Assembly: GCA_947459425.1 (NCBI GenBank)
Contig: CANHDJ010000011.1
Coordinates: forward strand, 11,652 to 75,651
Length of the DNA: 64,000 nucleotides
Origin: Ignavibacteria bacterium
GTDB lineage: Bacteria; Bacteroidota; Ignavibacteria; Kapaibacteriales; UBA4661
Direction: 5' to 3'
Position numbers and translations under genes: made by a program. The notes under the pieces are model-generated. The model saw only the letters and a list, made by a program, of their open reading frames with translations, was not told where the DNA came from and ran no database searches. Each line of letters begins with the position of its first letter. Position 1 is the stretch's first letter. This document shows positions 49,501 to 57,100 of this stretch, in pieces.

Positions 49501-49622
49501 TGTGCAGTGTGCAGCAGAAAAGGGAGCAAAAGGACACATAGCCATCGCTGTAAAATTTTGATTGTTATAGGCTTATGGGGAGATATGGGGGCAGGTAAAT
49601 GCTGCAATATCATAGCAAACAT
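46566..49622 (-). CDS. Secreted surface protein: six-bladed NHL-repeat propeller, several IPT/TIG-like Ig domains and a T9SS type-A C-terminal sorting domain
   Basis: Signal peptide (WLCVLLLPFLLHTAHA). There are six repeats of GNIYVAD..N.IRKIDGSGNV.TYAGSG. IPT-like segments include TVVITGTGFTGATSVSFGGVPA. The C-terminus SVYPNPVDGELRV...VRLYDMRGGVV...LGAGAYMVVV is typical of TIGR04183-type CTDs. The track ORF (to 49883) was trimmed because its first 87 codons read through a repeat element. Confidence 0.88.
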   Translation of the reverse strand: MFAMILQHLPAPISPHKPITIKILQRWLCVLLLPFLLHTAHAQTVSTYAGAFPGFANGAAATARFNGPGGVCADAAGNIYVADYFNNRVRKIDGSGNVTTYAGTGTAGFANGVAATAQFDNLNGVCADAAGNIYVADISNQRIRKIDGSGNVSTYAGSGTGGFANGAAATAQFSNPFGVCADAAGNIYVADLNNSRIRKIDGSGNVSTYAGSGAFGFVNGAAATAQFDSPVGVCADAAGNIYVADAGNNRIRKIDGSGNVTTYAGSGTAGFANGAAATAQFDYPSGVCADATGNIYVADQFNRCIRKIDGSGNVTTYAGSGGAGSADGCALTAQFGAPAGICADAAGNIYVADNGNSLIRKISPPPPPPTLFTAATATPPFSILGQPYTYTFTANGGAPLTFSLQSGALPPGLSLSGTGVLSGTPTILGTFGPFVVQAANCGGTLASVPISITVGVMGITSFTPNRTSPGTTVVITGTGFTGATSVSFGGVPAASFVVNSNTQITAVVGSGTIVTGGAQLVIVSSPAGLSTLGGFFVGTAGASGSAASGVSMPQSAVLGNFSTSNLSFGAPITLSGSGFTGATGLLIGGVPVTNFVVVNDGTITATVGGVPVNDRVVLTGGAGANADMSGLGLRYNRLPPPRIITASPASFPATGEDIPLAFSGADFLAGARVQASDGRTGVSVGVKSVTAPVLETTFPGILQSVGIKTITITNPDGQTTSTTLTVTLGAAPQLRAESLVRSTTASGSAFSVRLVGTGIFRTATAWLNDAPARVTVPSSTEAIVEIPASFNDVGGITLALRLANTDGQSTSASVRINRRPPPTILGVTLQSGGILRVRGINFLIDIRSTLGGAPLALLSQNSDTAFMAQIPSTFRLTPNSPTVSLLVNNSDRQAHGVLLPRSFFESTASFQAALGAEQSDRVWANTASGLEIAEIVTGKHQQSASQELSVYPNPVDGELRVGGVGMRTVRLYDMRGGVVLEERTVSGVVNVSALGAGAYMVVVEAADGRVLRQRMVKR
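48540..49500. repeat. Six tandem 162-bp coding repeats (NHL blades) with long near-identical DNA stretches
   Basis: The string ACATAGATATTCCCAGCGGCATCGGCGCAGAC recurs at a 162-nt (54-codon) period. Confidence 0.7.
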
Positions 49623-49716
49623 CCTTGGAAAAAATGCACAAAAGAGGGAATTGCGGCGTAAAAATAGGGGAATGGGGGGAGAGGGGCAAGTTTTTTTTCG
49701 TTTCGGGAGAAGATAA

Positions 49717-49854
49717 AGCCACCCGACGGCGAAGAAGCCGCCGGATGGCGGGGTTCGTGCGGCGTGTGATGGCGTAGGTAACGTAGCGTTTGTGGTGCGA
49801 ATAAGAAAGAGCGGTCTCCCCGTCGGGCGCTTTCTTGAGCGTCCGGCGGGTGGG
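49717..49854 (+). repeat. MITE/REP-like intergenic element, copy A (about 138 bp)
   Basis: AGCCACCCGACGGCGAAGAAGCCGCCGGATGGCG...GGAGCGGTCTCCCCGTCGGGCGCTTTCTTGAGCGTCCGGCGGGTGGG. The ends form imperfect inverted repeats. Confidence 0.65.
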
Positions 49855-49877
49855 CGTAGGCTTGAGCGCGTTATGAC

Positions 49878-50028
49878 AGCCACCCGACGGGCTAAGAAGC
49901 CGCCGGATGGCGCGGTTCGTGCATGGTTCGTGCAATGTGTGATGGCGTAGGTAACGCAGCGGTTGTGGTGCGAAGAAGCAGGAGCGGTCTCCCCGTCGGG
50001 CGCTTTTCTTGAGCGTCCGGCGGGTGGG
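49878..50028 (+). repeat. MITE/REP-like element, copy B (about 151 bp, with an internal 11-bp duplication)
   Basis: Collinear with copy A, with few substitutions by eye. It contains GGTTCGTGCAT GGTTCGTGCAA. Confidence 0.65.
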
Positions 50029-50076
50029 TGTTGGTTGTCGGGTGCTTGGGTGCGTACCTCGTCCTACGCGGCTTCT

Positions 50077-50367
50077 TCACAATGGCAAACCGCCCGACAT
50101 ATCCTGTTTGGAATGGACAATAGCCAATATGATCACATCAGCATCAACGATGCCATAGATAAGCCGATAAGAGTACACCAGAAGTTCACGGATATTCTCG
50201 TCATTGAGCTCCGGCACAATACGCCCCATGCGCGGAAACTCCGCCAGCATTTCGCTTTTACGCACAAGTTCTTGCGTAACGCGCTTGGCATACATAGGAG
50301 AATCGGCTGCAATAAAATTATGCAATCGCTTCAAACGCTCTTTGGCGGGATTTGTCCAGCTTGCCAC
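50077..50367 (-). CDS. Type II toxin, RelE/ParE family
   Basis: (V)ASWTNPAKERLKRLHNFIAADSPMYAKRV...FPRMGRIVPELNDENIRELLVYSYRLIYGI...ILAIVHSKQDM matches the ParE/RelE pattern. The start is GTG at 50367. The rest of track ORF 50077..50838 is read-through of the antitoxin region and repeat copy C. Confidence 0.8.
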   Translation of the reverse strand: MASWTNPAKERLKRLHNFIAADSPMYAKRVTQELVRKSEMLAEFPRMGRIVPELNDENIRELLVYSYRLIYGIVDADVIILAIVHSKQDMSGGLPL

Positions 50368-50570
50368 TGCTCTATCTCGCGCTTGAGGTCGCTGAGTGCC
50401 GTTGTCTGGCTGTCTGCCGCAGCCTGTACGCCTTGCCGAACCTGCTCCAATACATACAGCCGATACATCATTTCTTCGGTCGTGGCGTTCTCTGGTAACG
50501 ATGTGAGTGCTTGTAAAGCAGCGTGTTTGGGGCTGCTGTTCTGACCAACAATAGAGGTAAATGCTTGCAT
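50331..50570 (-). CDS. Putative cognate antitoxin (79 aa)
   Basis: A small ORF immediately upstream of, and overlapping, the toxin. It has the motif EEMMYRLYVLEQVRQGVQAA...LKREIEQW seen in antitoxins paired with this ParE subgroup (from memory). Confidence 0.7.
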   Translation of the reverse strand: MQAFTSIVGQNSSPKHAALQALTSLPENATTEEMMYRLYVLEQVRQGVQAAADSQTTALSDLKREIEQWQAGQIPPKSV

Positions 50571-50649
50571 AACCGCTTCTCATGTTCAAATGGTGAATAC
50601 AGTGTCGTCCATTCCCACAAATATACGCAAAAAAAAACAACCCACCAGC

Positions 50650-50789
50650 AGCCACCTCGGACGGGGAAGAAGTCGCCGTAGGGCGCGGTTCGTGCAGCGT
50701 TTGACGGCGTAGATAACGCAGCGTTTGTGGTGCGTAAAAGAAGGAGCGGTCTCCCCGCCCGAGGCGCTTTCTTGAGCGTCCGGCGGGTG
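50650..50789 (+). repeat. MITE/REP-like element, copy C (about 140 bp)
   Basis: AGCCACCTCGGACGGGGAAGAAGTCGCCGTAGGGCGCGGTTCGTGCAGCG...GGAGCGGTCTCCCCGCCCGAGGCGCTTTCTTGAGCGTCCGGCGGGTG. It has the same orientation as copies A and B. Confidence 0.65.
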
Positions 50790-50838
50790 TCGTCATTGGC
50801 GCATTGACACAAGCACCGTCAATATACCGCCAGCACAA

Positions 50839-50962
50839 TCACCCACCCCATCCCCATCTTCTCGCTTCCTACAATCCTTTTGCCCTTCTCCCCAACCCTT
50901 TTCCCTCATCCCCCATCCCTTTTCCCCTCTCCCCGACCGACCCAAAGTTTTCCCCATTTCCC
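50839..50962. repeat. Polypyrimidine (C-run-rich) tract with a 21-bp sub-periodicity upstream of the giant gene
   Basis: By my count about 102 of 124 nt are C/T, with at least 14 runs of C3-C5. CCTTTTGCCC, CCCTTTTCCC and CCCTTTTCCCC start at 50876, 50896 and 50917. Confidence 0.6.
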
Positions 50963-51027
50963 GAAAGTCGGACACTATTTTTTGCAAATTCGAGAAAGTC
51001 GGACGTTCATTCGAGAAAGTCGGACAC
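50963..51027. promoter_or_regulatory. Three direct copies of GAAAGTCGGAC(A/G); the last two lie inside a 21-bp tandem ATTCGAGAAAGTCGGAC. Candidate operator array 140-200 bp upstream of the giant ORF.
   Basis: Copies at 50963-50975, 50994-51005 and 51015-51027, read directly from the sequence. Confidence 0.4.
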
Positions 51028-51177
51028 AATAAAAAAAAACATTTCCTTGCTTTTTCGTATTTTTGTAGCCTGTACCGAACATAGTTTTTTTGTTTCTTTG
51101 TGTCGACTCTTCATTCGTATCGGTATCAAACTGTGTTTTCCCTTTCTTGTTGCTTCTCTCATTTCATGGTGAACTTT

Positions 51178-54100
51178 ATGAACCTCTCCCGTACTCGTTT
51201 CGTTGTTGTCAATTTCTTGACGCTCCTTTGTTTTTTTGCCATCGCCGGAACAAATCTATCCTTGTGGGCAGCCACCTTTACCGTTACCAATACCAATGAT
51301 GCCGGAGCAAGCTCTTTGCGGCAGGCTATTCTTGATGCCAATGCCACTGGAGGCGCTACCGCAGTCGCACCACACATCATAGACGCAACGGGCGTAACAG
51401 GGACGATTACTCTAGCTTCAGCACTTCCGGCATTGAATAACCACATCACCATCAATGGTCCCGGTGCGGCTCTGATTGTCAGTGGCAATAACCTCTTCCC
51501 CGTGTTCTTTGCCAGCCAAACAGCACCGTTCACCATTCAGCTTAATAATTTTACGATTACCAATGGTCGGGCGCAAGGTAGTAATGGCGGTACTGGTGGT
51601 GTTGCAGGTGGTGGTGGTGGTGGTGGTGGTTTTGGAGGTGGATTGTTTGTTAATCAAGGAAGCATCACATTACAAAACATGATGTTCTCTGGCAACCAAG
51701 CCATCGGCGGTAATGGTGGTGCGGGCGGTGGTGGCAATGCTCCGGGAGGAATTGGCGGAACCCCATCCCCGTCAGTGCTTGGTACAGGAGGAACAAGCCC
51801 CTCTGGTAATCCGCCAGCAGCAGCGAATTGTGGTGGGAGGAACGGTACATTTGGCGGTGGCGGGAGCGGCGGCGCAATTGGTCCAGCTTTTTGCAACGGA
51901 TATGGCGGTGGTGGCGGTGGATTCGGTGGCGGTGGCGGTGGCGGCAGTTTTGGAGGTGGCGGTGGCTTAGGTGGTGGTCCATTTGGCGGTGCTGGTTCTG
52001 CGGGCAGCGCGTGTTCATATGGTGGTGCTGGTGGTGCTGGTGGTGGGCTTGGTGGTGCCGTATTCGTCGCTTCGGTGGCAACGTTTACGATGACAGGATG
52101 CACCTTTACAAGTAATTCCGCCACTGGTGGAACTGCTGGCAATAATGGTGGTTGTGGTGGTGCCGCTACAAACGGTCAAGGCAAAGGCGGCGCAATCTTC
52201 ATCCAAGCAGGCGCAACGGCAACCGAACTCGCTACAACGTACACCGGGAATACTGCCGGAAGTGCAGGAACGGCATATTTCAATCTTCCGCAAGACAACC
52301 CCAATGTGTGGGGAAATCTGAGTGGAACGTATTATTATCAATCCGGCGACCCGTCTGTGCCGGGGAATTGGAACTCTCTTCTTGGCGGTGGTGGCATTCC
52401 GGCAATTAATTTTACGACGGGCGGCGAAACATTTATTGTTCCGGCGACACGCACCGCAAACATCACCGTTAGCGATATTACCATCGGCTTGGGCGTTACC
52501 TTTCAAGTAGATCTCGGCGGCACACTGACCGTCGGAAGCGGCAGAGCAATCACCAATAATGGTGCGGTTACTGTTGCGGGGCTGTTCCGTCAAGATGGCG
52601 GATCGAGCTTTACTAATGCGGGGACGTTCACCGTCAATGCCGGAGGAACACTGCGAGTTCTGGATAATCCGACCATAACCGGAACGGCATTTGTCTATTC
52701 CGCCGCGACCTCGCTGCTGGAATATACCGGGACAACTGCCCGAATAACCTCCATCGAATTTCCTGCCGCTATGTCCGGCTCGGTAACGGTGGACAATACC
52801 GCCGGAATCACGATGAATGCTCTCAAAACGCTCAGTGCAACAAGTGTGGTGACGTTGACAAACGGAGAGCTTATCAATACGGCGTTTGCTTCCAGACTTG
52901 TTATGAACAATACGACCGCCGGAGCATTTACCCGCACCAACGGCGTTGTGAACGGCTATGTTGAGCGCCTTGTGCCAAGCAACGGTACGCCATATACTAT
53001 TCCTGTCGGTGTCGGCGCTTCGTATTTACCGTTAGAATTTACGCCCACAGCCGGCGCGGGAACAAACATCGTTGCCCGCGCCTACGCTGGTGCAAGTCCG
53101 GGTACCCCCGGATCGGGTATGACAAGTTTGAACGCTTTTGGCTATTGGGAAGTGCTGACGAGTGCCGGGACGCGCAATGGAACGGTAAGCCTCACGCCTT
53201 CCTCAGTGCTGCCAGCCGGAAATGCTGTTGCTTTAGCAGCAACGGTCGGCGGTGCATACAACAGCATTGGTCCTCTGAATTTTGCGGGTGGTGCTAGCAT
53301 TACACAAACCCTTGCGAATGCGTACACCACTACGTCAGGTTTTCTTGTGACGGGTGTGGTGGGGCAGTATTACTACAATAATGCCAACGTATTTCCGGGC
53401 GGTGCAAATAACCCTGCAAACTGGGATACAACACCCGGCGCGGGTTATGGCACGGCGGCAGGAAATTTTACTTCGTTGGGAACGAGCTTTTTCGTTGAAA
53501 ACGGTGCAACCGCAACGCTTACCGCTAATTTGACTATCGGCACGGCTTCATCGGGAACAAATTTCACCATTCAAAGCGGCGGAATGCTGAACACAGTGGG
53601 CTTTGTGCTGACAATAGGTGGCAATAACGGCGCATTTACCGCCCAAAATAACTCTACTATTCGCTTGGCACATATTCAAGGGCTGCACGGCACCGCCAAT
53701 AATCAAGGCGCAATCCAAGTCCCGCTTGCGCCCGTCGGTATCACCATCTCCTATCTCGGCAACGTTAATTTCTTTTTCGACCCGCCGGCACCTGCTGGCG
53801 GGTATTCGATGAATATCGGGGCGACAACGAACAAGCCCGCCCTGACTGTCTGCGGAAATCTTACCATGAATCAAACCGGTCTCAATTCGTGGATGCTTGG
53901 TAGCTCTTTAACCGTAAACGGTACGTTTACCTTGCAAACAGGCAATTTTAATCTGACGGGTGTCGGGGTTTCCACCTTAACCTTGGCAGGTACCGGAAAT
54001 GTGGTGATGAGCGGGCGAGTAATGACCATCGGTACAAATTTTGTCTTGGCAAATCCAAACGACCTGACCATTCAAAACGGTATCGGTCAGTTTATTGTTT

Positions 54101-57100
54101 CCAGTGTGAATCAATTTCCGTTTGTAACGGGTATGCCCATTACTTATCAGCCCGGGTCGCGGTTGGCGTACAACAATCTCGCTCCTGCACTCAGCCCTGG
54201 TTTAGAATGGCCGTCCACGATGGACGGCGACATTCTCACTAATGTTGCTTCGGGGGCAATCACGCTTCTCGCGCCCCGCACTCTTTCCGGCACAGGCACT
54301 ATCAATTTTGCCAACGTCATCAACACCGCATCGGGTTTGCTGACGGTGAATAACACCAACGCCGGAGCCGTAAGCTACTCTTCGTCGGGGCGCATACTCG
54401 GTCCTCTTCGCCGCTTACTTCCTGATGCGGGCGGTGCAGGCACGTGGCAATTCCCCATGGGCGTGGGCGCAAGCCAACTTCCGTTTGCGATTGTCAATCC
54501 TGCCGTAGGAAACTCATCACCCTTAATTGAAGTAGAAGCATTTGCCGGACCAAGCGGTAGTGCCGATGGTACAACGCTTACCGCTCTTTCGGGGGCGGAA
54601 TACTGGCAGGCGCGTTTGGTGAGCGGTACATTCTCCACAGGGCAGATGCAAGCCGCAAAAACAGGCATTGCTGCGCCGACAGTCGTTGGCTCCTCGACCA
54701 CACTTGCGGGAACGATGTATGCGTCCACTGGTCCGAACACGTACCCGGGCGGTGTGCCTCCAGCAGCGCGGCGCTCCGTCGCCGAGACGCTTACGGGCGC
54801 ATTCACATACTTTGCGCTTGGAACACAGATTATCCCTTCCATCTACTACTATTCTGCCGGCGACCCGAGCAATGCGACGAACTACTGGTCGAACATTGGC
54901 GGAACGGGTTTTCAAGGCGTAAGTTTTGGTACGTCCGGGCAGACATTCATCATTCCAAACACCTACACAACGACTGTTCCGGCAGCAAATATCGCGCTTT
55001 CAGCGGGGGTAACGCTGCGAGTGGCGAACGGCGGAACGCTGAATGTCGGCGCTAATGCCGTAACAGGTGCCGGAAGTTTCGACCTCCAAGCAGGCGGAAC
55101 ACTGAGAACATCGAATACCCAAGGAGTGAACGGACCAGGACCCGGCGCAGGGTTTGGGGCTATTCAAACAACGACCATCAACTACGACCCGCAAGGCAAC
55201 TATTACCTTGATGTGTCGTCTATGAGCAATCTCAATTTTGCTGCTGTTGCCGGAAAGCCTGCTATCACCGATGCACGAACCCTCACTATCGTCGGTAATA
55301 ATCAAGGAACACTCCGCACGAGTTTGAATGTGAGCATCTCATTAACGATTAACTGCTCCGTGGCGGGTGCGGGGCTGAATCTTATCGGAACTACCCCACA
55401 GACTCTCACGCTCAGCGGCACAGGAAGTCAGGTGCAAGCAGGCTCACTCAGGGTGGGAGAGTATTTCACTTTGGTAAACGGCACCGTGTTGACCGTTCAG
55501 AATGCCGCTTCGCTGCAAATGGTGAGTACAATTAGTACGCCGCCGTTTCCTGCTGTTATCGGAACGCCCGTGAATTACGCATCAGGCGGTATTTTGCGCT
55601 ACAACGACATTATCACGGGAACGATGCCGACCGGGGCAGAACTGCCTGCTACTATGCTCGGTGATGTAGTTGTCAACCGCACGGGACCTGTTTCCCTCAG
55701 CGCACCGACAACGTTGAACGGTACGCTTACCTTCTCGTCTGGGCGTATTCAAACCACGGCAACTAATCTTTTGACCATCGGCAATCCTGCCCCGACTGCC
55801 ATCATCGGTGCAACAGCGACTATGTGTGTGCAAGGTCCGCTCGCCCGCGCTATTACCACTGCCGCGAGCACGTACACCTTTCCCGTCGGTGGTGGCACAG
55901 CACCAACATACACACCCGTAACCTTTGCCTACACATCTGCCGCACCTGCTTCCACCGTTGTAACCGTCGAGGGCTTCAACGCTGCTACTCCCGGCACACC
56001 CGGCGGCGCGTTGGGAAGCCTCAGTTCGACGGAGTATTGGCGTGTGAATCCGAATAATGCTGTTCCCAACGTAACGCTCACATTTACCCGCAATGCAGCC
56101 ATTCCAGCAGGGAACACGCTCAGTAATTCCGCAACGGCAGGAGGAACATACAATCCTGTCGCAAGCAACATCGCCAGCCCAAGTATCAACAATGCCCCAG
56201 CGCTTGCGTCGCTTGCTGCGGGTGATGGTTTTTACAGTATTGCTATCCCGGCGGTTGCCTATTACTATGAATCCGGCGACCCCGCAGCACCGGGAAGCTG
56301 GGGAACAACCTCTGGTGCAGGTTTAGGAACAGCCGCCACGAACTTTACGACACCGGGAAGCATATTCGTGGTGGAAAATACTTACACAACGGCTGCGGCA
56401 TCAGCAAATATCTCACTCGGTGCAAGTGTTACGATGCGAGTGCTGAATGGCGGTACGTTGAATCTCGGTATTCGTTCGCTAATTGGTACAGGTTCGTTTG
56501 ATTTGCAAGCGGGCGGTACACTACGCACTTCTCGTACGGACGGCATCAACGGAATATCGGCAGCAACAGGTGCAATCCAAGTAACGGGCAGCGCAACCTA
56601 CAATAACGCCGCTAATTATTGGTTCGACAGCCCAGTTGCTGCCGCTGACCTCAATTTTGCGGCGCAAGGTACAAAAGCAGCTATCACGCAAGCAAACAAT
56701 ATCACTATTACTAGCCCGACTCCCGGTGTACAATGGACGCTTGGTACTCCTCTGATAGTGGATGGCACACTCAGCATCACGCAGTCGCAGCTAAGACTGA
56801 TTGCTGCTGCCTCTTCTACATTGACGCTAAACGGACCGACTCTCATAAATACACAGGGAGAAATACGGGTTGGCAGTAATTTTCAGGTCAATAACCTTGG
56901 CACAATGACTGTTGGGGCAAATGCCTCATTTACTATTGCACCCACAACCCTAGCGCCGATACCGTTTATTGGCAATAGCCCTATATACACCAATACAACA
57001 AGTAGATTGTTCTATTCGAACAGCATCGGAATCACCACAGGCGCAGAACTGCCTGCCACCATGCCGGGAGAGCTTGCTGTTAATGGCTCTGCACCACTCA

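Noticed and set aside
49623-49883. The N-terminal 87 codons of track ORF 46566..49883, the whole of ORF 49892..50080 (-), and the upstream 157 codons (50368-50838) of ORF 50077..50838 (-). All contain similar RPTGRPL...TNA.LPTPSH.ART peptides.
   Set aside because: These are read-throughs of the MITE/REP-like repeat copies A, B and C on the minus strand. The real genes have a signal peptide (49622) or a family-typical toxin N-terminus (50367) downstream.
50793-51029. A 78-codon minus-strand ORF with repeated PTFSNERPTFSN and GWG peptides. Related case: + ORF 50804..51172.
   Set aside because: Its repetitiveness is the translation of the 21-bp DNA repeats and the polypyrimidine tract in the intergenic region upstream of the giant gene. 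It is better explained as regulatory or structural DNA.
50839-51060. A CRISPR array or other spacer-repeat structure, considered for every tandem-repeat region in the window (21-bp repeats here and at 37708, 162-bp repeats at 48540-49500, and the 1.4-kb modules).
   Set aside because: None shows 25-40-bp direct repeats separated by unique spacers of similar size. The repeats are either coding in-frame units or very short arrays, and no cas genes are present.
51654-52142. A 162-codon minus-strand ORF encoding a proline-rich protein (PPPPPKLPPPPPPPNPPPPPP). Overlapping ORFs are 51665..52081 (-), 51713..51970 (+) and 51828..52115 (+).
   Set aside because: It is the antisense or off-frame reading of the GGN-rich glycine region of the giant + frame-1 ORF. 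CCN codons are simply the complement of GGN.
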